From Octopus sinensis (taxonomy: Eukaryota), in the NCBI RefSeq assembly GCF_006345805.1, contig NC_043011.1, positions 8,122,001 to 8,186,000 of the forward strand: 64,000 nucleotides of DNA, in the 5' to 3' direction. The number at the start of each line of letters is the position of its first letter. The first letter of the stretch is position 1. The translations under genes and the position numbers were made by a program. The notes under the pieces were generated by a model. The model did no database searches, had not been told where the DNA came from, and worked only from the letters and a program-made list of their open reading frames with translations. Positions 25,616-40,502 of this stretch are shown here, piece by piece.

Positions 25616-26189
25616 ATATATATATATGATGTATATGTATAAGTAGTGTGTGTGTGTGTCTGCGTGTGCGTGCGTGTGTGTGACTCAGTATGTGTGTGTG
25701 TGTGTGTATGTGTGTGTGTGCTCGTTAAATGTGCATGCAATGTTGTCGGGACATTTGATCCAAGCATCCGTAGATGAATTTCTGAGGAATGGTTCCTGAA
25801 ATCCAGAAATAAAATATGAAGAAATCAGAGAAAATTAAAATGTTTTTGTTTATTTATTTATCTATTTATTTATTTTGTCTTAGCTTATTTGTTTTTATTT
25901 TTATTTTTATAATTTTTCTTTTTTCTTTTTGTTTGTTTTCCTCTTTATCTTCTGCTTTTCTCATCTGCAATATAGGGAAGTCTTGCAAAGAAAAACAAAC
26001 AACAGTATCGACAACAACAACAACAGCAACAACAACGCGGAAACCTTACAAAGGGAAAGACAGAAGGAGTGATTTAATGACGGTGTGAGCAAGAAATTGG
26101 GAGAGCGTTAGGGAGAGAGAGAGAGGCGGAGGGATGTAGTTTGGGGCAGAGAGAAGGATGAAGAGAAGAGAGAGGCGCTGAAGTTAGGG

Positions 26190-26221
26190 AAGAGAGGACG
26201 GCTCTGTGTGTATGTGTGAGA

Positions 26222-26261
<40 letters not shown>

Positions 26262-26277
26262 CAGAGACAGAGACAGA

Positions 26278-26309
<32 letters not shown>

Positions 26310-26367
26310 CAGAGACAGAGTGTGTGCGTATGTGTGAGAGACAGAAAGAGAGAGAGTGTGTGTGTGC

Positions 26368-26399
<32 letters not shown>

Positions 26400-26445
26400 C
26401 AGAGACAGAGTGTGTGTGTGAGAGAGAGAGACAGAGACAGAGACA

Positions 26446-26493
<48 letters not shown>

Positions 26494-26920
26494 CAGTGTG
26501 TGTGTGTGTTCGCGTCTAAGATGAAGAGAAAGTGTGTGTGTGTGTGTTTATTTGTGAGAAGAAATTTGCAGATGTGAACAGGATGTATCGTAAGGAAGAC
26601 TATCAGAGAGAAAGACAGAAAAATACAGAGAGATAGAGAAATAGAGAGAGAGAGAGTGAGAGAGAGAAGGAGAAAGACAAGGAGAGAAAGAGAGAAAAAT
26701 AGAGAGAGAGAGTGAGAGAGAGAAGGAGAAAGACAAGGAGAGAAAGAGAGAACATAGAGAGAGATAGAGAAATAGAGAGAGAGAGTGAGAGAGAGAAGGA
26801 GAAAGACAAGGAGAGAAAGAGAGAAAAATAGAGAGAGATAGAGAAATAGAGAGAGAAAGTGAGAGAGAGGAGGAGAAAGACAAGGAGAGAAAGACAGCGA
26901 CAAAGCGAGAGAAAGAGAGC
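26190..26920. repeat. (AG)n/(GT)n compound repeat and AG-rich minisatellite
   Basis: Direct reading. Confidence 0.9.
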
Positions 26921-26924
26921 AACA

Positions 26925-29900
26925 GTGTGCGTTAGTGAGTGTATGCGTTAGTGAGTGTATGCGTTAGTTAGTGTATGCGTTAGTGAGTGTATGCGGTAGT
27001 GAGTGTATGCGGTAGTGAGTGTATGCGTTTGTGAGTGTATGCGTTAGAGAGTGTATGCGATAGTGAGTGTATGAGTTAGTGAGTGTAAGCGTTAGTTAGT
27101 GTATGCGTTAGTGAGTGTATGCGGTGGTGAGTGTATGCGTTAGTGAGTGTATGCGGTAGTGAGTGTAAGCGTTAGTTAGTGTATGCGTTAGTGAGTGTAT
27201 GCGGTGGTGAGTGTATGCATTAGTTAGTGTATGCGTTAGTGAGTGTATGCGTTAGTTAGTGTATGCGGTATTGAGTGTATGCGTTAGAGAGTGTATTCAT
27301 TAGTTAGTGTATGCGTTAGTGAGTGTATGCGTTAGTGAGTGTATGCGTTAGTTAGTGTATGCGGTATTGAGTGTATGAGTTAGTGAGTGTATGCGGTAGT
27401 GAGTGTATGCGGTAGTGAGTGTATGAGTTAGTGAGTGTATGAGTTAGTGAATGTATGCATTAGTGAGTGTATTCATTAGTTAGTGTATGAGTTAGTGAGT
27501 GTTTGCGTTAGTGAGTGTATGCGGTAGTGAGTGTATGCGGTAGTGAGTGTATGCATTAGTTAGTGTTTGCGTTAGTGAGTGTATGCGTTAGAGAGTGTAT
27601 TCATTAGTTAGTGTATGAGTTAGTGAGTGTTTGCGTTAGTGAGTGTATGCGGTAGTGAGTGTATGCGGTAGTGAGTGTATGCGTTAGAGAGTGTATTCAT
27701 TAGTGAGTGAATGAGTTAGTGAGTGTATGCGTTAGTGAGTGTATGCGTTAGAGAGTGTATTCATTAGTTAGTGTATGAGTTAGTGAGTGTTTGCGTTAGT
27801 GAGTGTATGCGGTAGTGAGTGTATGCGGTAGTGAGTGTATGCGCTAATGAGTGTATGCGGTAGTGAGTGTATGCGTTAGTTAGTGTTTGCGTTAGTGAGT
27901 GTATGCGTTAGTTAGTGTATGCGCTAATGAGTGTATGCGGTAGTGAGTGTATGCGTTAGTTAGTGTAGGCGTTAGTGAGTGTATGCGGTAGTGAGTGTAT
28001 GCGTTAGTGAATGTATGCATTAGTTAGTGTATGCGTTAGTGAGTGTATGCATTAGTTAGTGTATGCGTTAGTGAGTGTATGCATTAGTTAGTGTATGCGT
28101 TAGTGAGTGTATGCATTAGTTAGTGTATGCGTTAGTGAGTGTATGCGTTAGTGAGTGTATGCGGTATTGAGTGTATGAGTTAGTGAGTGTATGTGGTAGT
28201 GAGTGTATGCGGTAGTGAGTGTATGAGTTAGTGAGTGTATGAGTTAGTGAATGTATGCATTAGTGAGTGTATTCATTAGTGAGTGTATTCATTAGTTAGT
28301 GTATGAGTTAGTGAGTGTTTGCGTTAGAGAGTGTATGCGGTAGTGAGTGTATGCGTGGTAGTGAGTGTATGCGGTAGTGAGTGTATGCATTAGTTAGTGT
28401 TTGCGTTAGTGAGTGTATGCGTTAGTTAGTGTATGCGCTAATGAGTGTATGCGGTAGTGAGTCTATGCATTGTTAGTGTAGGCGTTAGTGACTGTATGCG
28501 GTAGTGAGTGTATGCGGTAGTGAGTGTATGCGTTAGTGAGTGTATGCGTTAGTGAGTGTATGCATTAGTTAGATGTATGCGTTAGTGAGTGTATGCGTAG
28601 TGAGTGTATGCGTTAGTGAGGTATGCGTTAGTTAGTGTATGCGGTATTGAGTGTATGCTTTTAGAGAGTGTATTCTTAGAGAGGTATGAGTTAGTTAGTG
28701 TATGAGTTAGTGAGTGTATGCGTTAGTGAGTGTTTGCGTTAGTGAGCGTATGCGTTAGTGAGTGTATGCGTTAGTTAGTGTATGCGGTAGTGAGTGTATG
28801 AGTTAGTGAGTGTATGTGGTAGTGAGTGTATGCGGTAGTGAGTGTATGAGTTAGTGAGTGTATGAGTTAGTGAATGTATGCATTAGTGAGTGTATTCATT
28901 AGTGAGTGTATTCATTAGTTAGTGTATGAGTTAGTGAGTGTTTGCGTTAGAGAGTGTATGCGGTAGTGAGTGTATGCGGTAGTGAGTGTATGCGGTAGTG
29001 AGTGTATGCATTAGTTAGTGTTTGCGTTAGTGAGTGTATGCGTTAGTTAGTGTATGCGCTAATGAGTGTATGCGGTAGTGAGTCTATGCATTAGTTAGTG
29101 TAGGCGTTAGTGAGTGTATGTAGTGAGTGTATGCGGTAGTGAGTGTATGCGTTAGTGAGTGTATGCGTTAGTGAGTGTATGCATTAGTTAGTGTATGCGT
29201 TAGTGAGTGTATGCGTTAGTGAGTGTATGCGTTAGTGAGTGTATGCGTTAGTTAGTGTATGCGGTATTGAGTGTATGCTTTAGAGAGTGTATTCATTAGA
29301 GAGTGTATGAGTTAGTGAGTGTATGCGTTAGTGAGTGTATGCGTTAGTGAGTGTTTGGTTAGTGAGTGTATGCGTTAGTTAGTGTATGCGTTAGTGAGTG
29401 TATGCGTTAGTGAGTGTATGCGTTAGTGAGTGTATGCATTAGTTAGTGTATGCGTTAGTGAGTGTATGCGTTAGTGAGTGTATGCGTTAGTGAGTGTATG
29501 CGTTAGTTAGTGTATGCGGTATTGAGTGTATGCTTTAGAGAGTGTATTCATTAGTGAGTGTATGAGTTAGTTAGTGTATGAGTTAGTGAGTGTATGCGTT
29601 AGTGAGTGTTTGCGTTAGTGAGCGTATGCGTTAGTGAGTGTATGCGTTAGTTAGTGTATGCGGTAGTGAGTGCTTGCGTTAGTGAGTGTATGCATTAGTG
29701 AGTGTATGCGTAGTGAGTGTTTGCGTTAGTGAGTGTATGAGTTAGTGAGTGTATGCGTTAGTTAGTGAATGCGGTATTGAGTGTATGCGTTAGAGAGTGT
29801 ATTCATTAGTGAGTGTATGCGTTAATGAGTGTTTGCGTTAGTGAGTGTATGCGGTAGAGAGTGTATGAGTTAGTGAGTGGTATGCGTTAGTTAGTGTATG

Positions 29901-32900
29901 CGGTAGTGAGTGTATGAGTTAGTGAGTGTATGAGTTAGTGAAAGTATGCATTAGTGAGTGTATTCATTAGTGAGTGTATTCATTAGTTAGTGTATGAGTT
30001 AGTGAGTGATTGCGTTAGTGAGTGTATGCGGTAGTGATTGTATGCGGTAGTGAGTGTATGCATTAGTTAGTGTTTGCGTTAGTGAGTGTATGCATTAGTT
30101 AGTGTTTGCGTTAGTGAGTGTATGCGTTAGTTAGTGTATGCGCTAATGAGTGTATGCGGTAGTGAGTGTATGCATTAGTTAGTGTAGGCGTTAGTGAGTG
30201 TATGCGGTAGTGAGTGTATGCGGTAGTGAGTGTATGCATTAGTTAGTGTATGCGGTATTGAGTGTATGCTTTAGAGAGTGTATTCATTAGTGAGTGTATG
30301 AGTTAGTTAGAGTATGAGTTAGTGAGTGTATGCGTTAGTGAGTTTATATGCGTTAGTGAGTGTTTGCGTTAGTGAGTGTATGAGTTAGATAGTGTATGAG
30401 TTAGTGAGTGTATGCGTTAGTTAGTGTATGCGGTAGTGAGTGCTTGCGTTAGTGAGTGTATGCATTAGTGAGTGTATGCGTTAATGAGTGTTTGCGTTAG
30501 TGAGTGTATGAGTCAGTGAGTATATGCGTTAGTTAGTGTATGCGGTATTGAGTGTATGCGTTAGAGAGTGTATTCATTAGTGAGTGTATGCGTTAGTGAG
30601 TGTTTGCGTTAGTGAGTATATGCGGTAGTGAGTGTATGAGTTAGTGAGTGTATGAGTTAGTTAGTGTATGCGGTAGTGAGTGTATGTGTTAGTGAGTGTA
30701 TGCGTTAGTGAGTGTATGCGGTAGTGAGTGTATGAGTTAGTGAGTGTATGAGTTAGTTAGTGTATGCGGTAGTGAGTGTATGAGTTAGTGAGTGTATGCG
30801 TTAGTGAGTGTATGCGGTAGTGAGTGTATGAGTTAGTGAGTGTATGAGTTAGTGAGTGTATGCATTAGTGAGTGCATTCATTAGTGAGTGTATGAGTTAC
30901 TTAGTGTATGAGTTAGTGAGTGTATGCGTTAGATAGTGTATGCGGTATTGAGTGTATGCGTTAGAGAATTTATTCATTAGTGTGTGTACGCGTTAGTGAG
31001 TGTTTGCGTTAGTGAGTATATGCGGTAGTGAGTGTATGCGTTAGTGAGTGTATGCGTTAGTTAGTGCATGCGGTAATGAGTGTATGAGTTAGTGAGTGTA
31101 TGAGTTAATGAGTGTATGCGTTAGTGAGTGTATTCATTAGTGAGTGTATGCGTTAGTGAGTGTATGCGGTAGTGAGTGTATGGGTTAGTGAGTGTATGCG
31201 TTAGTTAGTGTATGCGTTAGTGAGTGTATTCATTAGTGAGTGTATTCATTAGTGAGTGTATGAGTTAGTGAGTGTATGCGTTAGTGAGTGTATGCGTTAG
31301 TGAGTGTATCCGTTAGTGAGTGTATGCGTTAGTGAGTGTATGCGTTAGTTACTGTATGCGGTAGTGAGTGTATGCGTTAGTGAGTGTTTGGGTTAGTGAG
31401 TGTATGCGTTAGTGAGTGTATGCGTTAGTGAGTGTATGCGTTAGTTAGTGTATGCGGTAGTGAGTGTATGCGTTAGTGAGTGTTTGCGTTAGTGAGTGTA
31501 TGCGTTAGTGAGTGTATGCGTTAGTGAGTGTATGCATTAGTGAGTGTATGCGTTAGTGAGTGTATGCGTTAGTGAGTGTATGCGTTAGTGAGTGTATGAG
31601 TTAGTGAGTGTATGCGTTAGGGAGTGTCTGCGTTAGTGAGTGTTTGCGTTAGTGAGTGTATGCGTTAGTGAGTGTATGCGTTAGTGAGTGTATGCGTTAG
31701 TTAGTGTATGCGGTATTGAGTGTATGCTTTAGAGAGTGTATTCATTAGTGAGTGTATGAGTTAGTTAGTGTATGAGTTAGTGAGTGTATGCGTTAGTGAG
31801 TGTTTGCGTTAGTGAGCGTATGCGTTAGTGAGTGTATGCGTTAGTTAGTGTATGCGGTAGTGAGTGTATGAGTTAGTGAGTGTATGTGGTAGTGAGTGTA
31901 TGCGGTAGTGAGTGTATGAGTTAGTGAGTGTATGAGTTAGTGAATGTATGCATTAGTGAGTGTATTCATTAGTGAGTGTATTCATTAGTTAGTGTATGAG
32001 TTAGTGAGTGTTTGCGTTAGAGAGTGTATGCGGTAGTGAGTGTATGCGGTAGTGAGTGTATGCGGTAGTGAGTGTATGCATTAGTTAGTGTTTGCGTTAG
32101 TGAGTGTATGCGTTAGTTAGTGTATGCGCTAATGAGTGTATGCGGTAGTGAGTCTATGCATTAGTTAGTGTAGGCGTTAGTGAGTGTATGCGGTAGTGAG
32201 TGTATGCGGTAGTGAGTGTATGCGTTAGTGAGTGTATGCGTTAGTGAGTGTATGCATTAGTTAGTGTATGCGTTAGTGAGTGTATGCGTTAGTGAGTGTA
32301 TGCGTTAGTGAGTGTATGCGTTAGTTAGTGTATGCGGTATTGAGTGTATGCTTTAGAGAGTGTATTCATTAGAGAGTGTATGAGTTAGTGAGTGTATGCG
32401 TTAGTGAGTGTATGCGTTAGTGAGTGTTTGCGTTAGTGAGTGTATGCGTTAGTTAGTGTATGCGTTAGTGAGTGTATGCGTTAGTGAGTGTATGCGTTAG
32501 TGAGTGTATGCATTAGTTAGTGTATGCGTTAGTGAGTGTATGCGTTAGTGAGTGTATGCGTTAGTGAGTGTATGCGTTAGTTAGTGTATGCGGTATTGAG
32601 TGTATGCTTTAGAGAGTGTATTCATTAGTGAGTGTATGAGTTAGTTAGTGTATGAGTTAGTGAGTGTATGCGTTAGTGAGTGTTTGCGTTAGTGAGCGTA
32701 TGCGTTAGTGAGTGTATGCGTTAGTTAGTGTATGCGGTAGTGAGTGCTTGCGTTAGTGAGTGTATGCATTAGTGAGTGTATGCGTTAGTGAGTGTTTGCG
32801 TTAGTGAGTGTATGAGTTAGTGAGTGTATGCGTTAGTTAGTGAATGCGGTATTGAGTGTATGCGTTAGAGAGTGTATTCATTAGTGAGTGTATGCGTTAA

Positions 32901-35900
32901 TGAGTGTTTGCGTTAGTGAGTGTATGCGGTAGAGAGTGTATGAGTTAGTGAGTGTATGCGTTAGTTAGTGTATGCGGTAGTGAGTGTATGAGTTAGTGAG
33001 TGTATGAGTTAGTGAAAGTATGCATTAGTGAGTGTATTCATTAGTGAGTGTATTCATTAGTTAGTGTATGAGTTAGTGAGTGATTGCGTTAGTGAGTGTA
33101 TGCGGTAGTGAGTGTATGCGGTAGTGAGTGTATGCATTAGTTAGTGTTTGCGTTAGTGAGTGTATGCATTAGTTAGTGTTTGCGTTAGTGAGTGTATGCG
33201 TTAGTTAGTGTATGCGCTAATGAGTGTATGCGGTAGTGAGTGTATGCATTAGTTAGTGTAGGCGTTAGTGAGTGTATGCGGTAGTGAGTGTATGCGGTAG
33301 TGAGTGTATGCATTAGTTAGTGTATGCGGTATTGAGTGTATGCTTTAGAGAGTGTATTCATTAGTGAGTGTATGAGTTAGTTAGAGTATGAGTTAGTGAG
33401 TGTATGCGTTAGTGAGTTTATGCGTTAGTGAGTGTTTGCGTTAGTGAGTGTATGAGTTAGATAGTGTATGAGTTAGTGAGTGTATGCGTTAGTTAGTGTA
33501 TGCGGTAGTGAGTGCTTGCGTTAGTGAGTGTATGCATTAGTGAGTGTATGCGTTAATGAGTGTTTGCGTTAGTGAGTGTATGAGTCAGTGAGTATATGCG
33601 TTAGTTAGTGTATGCGGTATTGAGTGTATGCGTTAGAGAGTGTATTCATTAGTGAGTGTATGCGTTAGTGAGTGTTTGCGTTAGTGAGTATATGCGGTAG
33701 TGAGTGTATGAGTTAGTGAGTGTATGAGTTAGTTAGTGTATGCGGTAGTGAGTGTATGTGTTAGTGAGTGTATGCGTTAGTGAGTGTATGCGGTAGTGAG
33801 TGTATGAGTTAGTGAGTGTATGAGTTAGTTAGTGTATGCGGTAGTGAGTGTATGAGTTAGTGAGTGTATGCGGTAGTGAGTGTATGCGGTAGTGAGTGTA
33901 TGCGTTAGTGAGTGTATGCGTTAGTGAGTGTATGCATTAGTTAGTGTATGCGTTAGTGAGTGTATGCGTTAGTGAGTGTATGCGTTAGTGAGTGTATGAG
34001 TTAGTTAGTGTATGCGGTATTGAGTGTATGCTTTAGAGAGTGTATTCATTAGAGAGTGTATGAGTTAGTGAGTGTATGCGTTAGTGAGTGTATGCGTTAG
34101 TGAGTGTTTGCGTTAGTGAGTGTATGCGTTAGTTAGTGTATGCGTTAGTGAGTGTATGCGTTAGTGAGTGTATGCGTTAGTGAGTGTATGCATTAGTTAG
34201 TGTATGCGGTAGTGAGTGTATGAGTTAGTGAGTGTATGAGTTAGTGAGTGTATGCATTAGTGAGTGTATGCGTTAGTGAGAGTATGCGGTAGTGAGTGTA
34301 TGCGTTAGTGATTGTTTGCGTTAGTGAGTGTATGAGTTAGTGAGTGTATGCGTTAGTGAGTGTATGCGTTAGTGAGTGTATGCGTTGTGAGTGTATGCGG
34401 TAGTGAGTGTATGCGTTAGTGAGTGTATGCGTTAGTGAGTGTATGCGTTAGTGAATGTATGCGGTAGTGAGTGTATGCGGTAGTGAGTGTATGAGTTAGT
34501 GAGTGTATGCGGTAGTGAATGTATGCGGTAGTGAGTGTATGAGTTAGTGAATGTATGCGGTAGTGAGTGTATGAGTTAGTGAGTGTATGCGGTAGTGAGT
34601 GTATGCGGTAGTGAGTGTATGCGTTAGTGAATGTATGCGGTAGTGAGTGTATGCGTTAGTGAATGTATGCGGTAGTGAGTGTAAGCGGTAGTGAGTGTAT
34701 GCGGTAGTGAGTGTATGCGTTAGTGAATGTATGCGGTAGTGAGTGTATGAGTTAGTGAGTGTATGCGTTAGTGAATGTATGCGGTAGTGAGTGTATGCGG
34801 TAGTGAGTGTATGAGTTAGTGAGTGTATGCGGTAGTGAATGTATGCGGTAGTGAGTATATGCGGTAGTGAGTATATGCGTTAGTGAATGTATGAGGTAGT
34901 GAGTGTATGAGTTAGTGAGTGTATGCGTTAGTAAATGTATGCGGTAGTGAGTGTATGAGTTAGTGAGTGTATGAGTTAGTGAATGTATGCGGTAGTGAGT
35001 GTATGCGGTAGTGAGTGTATGAGTTAGTGAGTGTATGCGGTAGTGAATGTATGCGGTAGTGAGTGTATGCGGTAGTGAGTGTATGCGTTAGTGAATGTAT
35101 GCGGTAGCGAGTGTATGAGTTAGTGAGTGTATGCGTTAGTGAATGTATGCGGTAGTGAGTGTATGCGGTAGTGAGTGTATGAGTTAGTGAGTGTATGCGT
35201 TAGTTAGTGTATGCGTTAGTGAGTGTATGCCGTAGTGAGTGTATGCGTTAGTGAATGTATGCGGTTGTGAGTGTATGCGGTAGTGAGTGTATGTGTTAGT
35301 GAATGTATGCGGTAGTGAGTGTATGCGGTAGTGAGTGTATGAGTTAGTGAGTGTATGCGTTAGTGAATGTATGTGGTAGTGAGTGTATGTGTTAGATAAT
35401 GTATGCGGTAGTGAGTGTATGCGGTAGTGAGTGTATGAGTTAGTGAGTGTATGCGTTAGTGAATGTATGTGGTAGTGAGTGTATGTGTTAGATAATGTAT
35501 GCGGTGGTGAGTGTATGAGTTAGTGAGTGTATGCGTTAGTGAATGTATGTGGTAGTGAGTGTATGTGTTAGATAATGTATGCGGTAGTGAGTGTATGAGT
35601 TAGTGAGTGTATGCGTTAGTGAATGTATGTGGTAGTGAGTGTATGTGTTAGATAATGTATGCGGTAGTGAGTGTATGCGGTAGTGAGTGTATGAGTTAGT
35701 GAGTGTATGCGTTAGTGAATGTATGTGGTAGTGAGTGTATGTGTTAGATAATGTATGCGGTAGTTAGTGTATGAGTTAGTGAGTGTATGCGTTAGTGAGT
35801 GTATGCGGTAGTGAGTGTATGCGTTAGTGAGTGTATGCGTTAGTGAGTGTATGCGTTAGTGAGTGTATGCGTTAGTTAGTGTATGCGGTAGTGAGTGTAT

Positions 35901-37690
35901 GAGTTAGTGAGTGTATGCGTTAGTGAGTGTATGCGGTAGTGAGTGTATGCGTTAGTGAGTGTATGCGTTAGTGAGTGTATGCGTTAGTTAGTGTATGCGG
36001 TAGTGAGTGTATGAGTTAGTGAGTGTATGCGTTAGTGAGTGTATGCGTTAGTTAGTGTATGCGGTAGTGAGTGTATGAGTTAGTGAGTGTATGCGTTGGT
36101 GAGTGTATGCGGTAGTGAGTGTATGCGTTAGTGAGTGTATGCGTTAGTGAGTGTATGCGTTAGTGAGTGTATGCGGTAGTGAGTGTATGCGTTAGTGAGT
36201 GTATGCGTTAGTGAGTGTATGCGTTAGTGAGTGTATGAGTTAGTGAGTGTATGCGTTAGTGAGTGTATGCGTTAGTGAGTGTATGCGGTAGTGAGTGTAT
36301 GCGTTAGTGAGTGTATGCGTTAGTGAGTGTATGCGTTAGTTAGTGTATGCGGTAGTGAGTGTATGAGTTAGTGAGTGTATGCGTTAGTGAGTGTATGCGT
36401 TAGTTAGTGTATGCGGTAGTGAGTGTATGAGTTAGTTAGTGTATGCGTTAGTGAGTGTATGCGGTAGTGAGTGTATGCGTTAGTGAGTGTATGCGTTAGT
36501 GAGTGTATGCGTTAGTGAGTGTATGCGGTAGTGAGTGTATGCGTTAGTGAGTGTATGCGTTAGTGAGTGTATGCGTTAGTTAGTGTATGCAGTAGTGAGT
36601 GTATGAGTTAGTGAGTGTATGCGTTAGTGAGTGTATGCGGTAGTGAGTGTATGCGTTGGTGAGTGTATGCGTTAGTGAGTGTATGCGTTAGTTAGTGTAT
36701 GCGGCAGTGAGTGTATGAGTTAGTGAATGTATTCGTTAGTTAGTGTATGAGTTAGTGAGTGTATGCGTTAGTGAGTGTATGCGGTAGTGAGTGTATGCGT
36801 TAGTGAGTGTATGCGGTAGTGAGTGTATGCGTTAGTGAGTGTATGCGGTAGTGAGTGTATGCGTTAGTGAGTGTATGCGGTAGTGAGTGTATGCGTTAGT
36901 GAGTGTATGCGGTAGTGAGTGTTTGCGTTATTGAGTGTATGCGGTAGTGAGTGTATGTGGTAGTGAGTGTATGCGTTAGTGAGTGTATGCGTTAGGGAGT
37001 GTCTGCGGTAGTGAGTGTATGCGGTAGTGAGTGTATGCGTTATTGAGTGTATGAGTTAGTGAGTGTTTGCGTTATTGAGTGTATGCGTTAGTGAGTGTAT
37101 GCGTTAGTTAGTGTATGAGTTAGTGAGTGTATGCGGTAGTGAGTGTATGAGTTAGTGAGTGTATGCGTTAGTGAGTGTATGCGGTAGTGAGTGTATGCGT
37201 TAGTGAGTGTATGCGTTAGTGAGTGTATGCGTTAGGGAGTGTCTGCGTTATTGAGTGTATGCGGTAGTGAGTGTATGCGGTAGTGAGTGTATGCGTTAGT
37301 GAGTGTATGCGTTAGGGAGTGTCTGCGTTAGTGAGTGTATGCGTTAGTGAGTGTATGCGTTAGTGAGTGTATGAGTTAGTGAGTGTATGCGGTAGTGAGT
37401 GTATGCGTTAGTTAGTGTATGAGTAGTGAGTGTATGCGTTAGTGAGTGTATGCGTTAGTGAGTGTATGAGTTAGTGAGTGTATGCGGTAGTGAGTGTATG
37501 AGTTAGTGAGTGTATGCGTTAGTGAGTGTATGTGTTAGATAATGTATGTGGTAGTGAGTGTATGCGTTAGTGAGTGTATGCGTTAGGGAGTGTCTACGTT
37601 AGTGAGTGTATGAGTTAGTGAGTGTATGAGTTAGTGAGTGTATGCGGTAGTGAGTGTATGAGTTAGTGAGTGTATGCGGTAGTGAATGTA
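26925..37690. repeat. 16-bp satellite, consensus GTTAGTGAGTGTATGC, about 670 units
   Basis: Uninterrupted 10.8-kb array with point variants (GGTA, GTTA, ATGA, ATTC, TTGC). Confidence 0.98.
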
Positions 37691-37804
37691 TATATACATG
37701 TAGAGGTAGGTACGTACATATATGTATGTATATATGCATGTTTTATTATATTTATTAATTTATTATATGATTGAACGCACGCATCCATTTCTAAGTAAGA
37801 TTGT

Positions 37805-37852
<48 letters not shown>

Positions 37853-39117
37853 AAGGCTGCGGTGAATAAATTGTGTAAATTTGACATCTCATTTTAACGG
37901 ATATATTTACCAAAATTACATAAAACTCTTTTTGAAATATTAAAGAGTAAATTTATTCAATAAGACCGCCATTGGCTTCAACCACGGCCCCCAAACGACT
38001 TCGAAATCTTCAACTTTGCTGGACAGTGTCTTTGTTTAAGTTGGTGAATGCCGCCATAATCCTTGCCTGCAGTTCACCTTTGGTGTTACAAGAAGTTTTG
38101 TTGCTCTCTCGCTGAACTGCACCCCACACATAATAGTCAATGGGGTTGCAGTCTGAGGAGTTAGGAGACCAGATGTTAGGGGTGATGTGGTCGTAGAAAT
38201 TGTCTGACAGTCATGAGTGGGTTCTCCTGCTTGTGTGGCATGGTGCAGAGTCCTGTTGCCAGACATAGGGTCCTCCAGCAGCCAATCTATTCCCATAGGG
38301 CAGCACTACATCCTCCATGCACTTGATGTAGGCCTCCGTGTTGAGTCTGAGGCCGTGTGGAGGCATAACGTTATGAATGGAGGCATAACGTTGTTAATAC
38401 TAGTGATCACTCCAAACACTGTGATGTTGACTTGATGTTTAATTTTTATCACTCTTGGTACATATTTTGTAGATACGGTAAGTCAACGGTTGTTCTGTGT
38501 GTTCACCATCTGTTCCTGGCAGAAATTTTTGTCATCTCAGAAAAAGCAAAGCATGTTCGGCGGGAAGGGATGCTTGAGTTTGTTCAAAAGCTTCGCAGCG
38601 CGGTCTTTACACTTGTCTTTGAAGGCTTGGAATATAAATTGGCTCCTCATCTTCTTATATGAGGAATATCGAATGTCTTCATGCACTACCTGCCTGATAA
38701 GAATCTCAGACACTACCATGTCCCTGGTGATGGACCTGATTGAATTGGAGGGATCGTTGTCACCAAGGCCTAGATTTTACCAACAAACTCGGGAGGACTT
38801 TTTTTTTATCAGAACGTTCAAAGTGCGTTTTCCGAGCTACCGTAGCTTCGTAATCATCCTTAGACTCATCCAACCCTTTCCGAATCCTCTGCACTGTCCT
38901 TAGATGCTCGTATTGGAACTTCCGGCGCCAATGCCAAGCAGTATAGCATGTCGTTTCCAAATTTCTGACAGACTGAATTGCATCATGGCGCTGTTTTTCT
39001 TACAGGCAGTGCTCAACTGACCCTACTATACTGTGTAGTTGACAAAATCAAAAACAAACAATGCGCATGCACGAAATTAAAAATATAAAATGTTGACAAT
39101 TAACCCATCGCACCCTG
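37853..39117 (-). mobile_element. Tc1/mariner DD37D (maT-type) transposon, pseudogenised
   Basis: WQQDSAPCH..WSPNSSDCNPIDYYVWG with 37 residues between the aspartates; CAGGGTGCG TIR at right, degenerate TIR at left; TA flanks; in-frame stop. Confidence 0.85.
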
Positions 39118-39140
39118 TATGTGTGTGTGTGTATATATAT

Positions 39141-39255
<115 letters not shown>

Positions 39256-39291
39256 TAAATAAATGGATTTGAACGAAGATGTTATTAAAAT

Positions 39292-39387
39292 TCTTTTACT
39301 TTCGACATATGTTTCGAAGACAACATGGTATTATTCCAAAGGAATAAACGGTGTAAAATGCAATCTTCTCATCAGGAAAGAAAGAGA
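39292..39387 (-). ncRNA. Type I hammerhead ribozyme (inverted copy of 41191-41286)
   Basis: Intact CTGATGA, GAAGA/TCTTC, GAAA, ACATATGT palindrome and GUC site. Confidence 0.8.
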
Positions 39388-39911
39388 GCCTATCTCAACA
39401 ACAAGACATTATAACAATTACGACAACTGCCTAAATGATAAACAGAACGTTATTAAGTATCTAAAAAATCCGTTAGTAGATTCGACGCCAAAGTTGTAAT
39501 AATAAGAGTGATTTTAATTATAATATTGTAAACAACACAATACATAATAAAAATCCTTTACAGAGGAAGGGAGGCAAACGTTATTTAAACTCAAATTTTC
39601 ACTCTAGAGATTTTTCACCGTCCTTTAAAGATAATACCACTTACAATTTAAATGTTACTAAAATATCAGGTTTGTAATTCCGTTTGGAAAACAAATTAAA
39701 TCGAATCTTCCTTTTCTATTCCGTGAAGTGGTTGGTAAGTACTTTCAAAAAAATTCAAGATATTCTTCGATTATTAACTCTCATATAGTTAGAGTCGCCT
39801 TCTCCAACACAAAAATCTTTCACAAATTACATCTTCTCACAATACCAATCTGCTAAATAAAAGTTCATTTTATGGGAGTTCCAACATTAATCTTGTTAAT
39901 TCTAACCCCTC

Positions 39912-40502
<591 letters not shown>

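Noticed and set aside
26925-37690. Telomeric array or CRISPR
   Set aside because: The unit is a 16-mer rather than TTAGGG, and there are no unique spacers.
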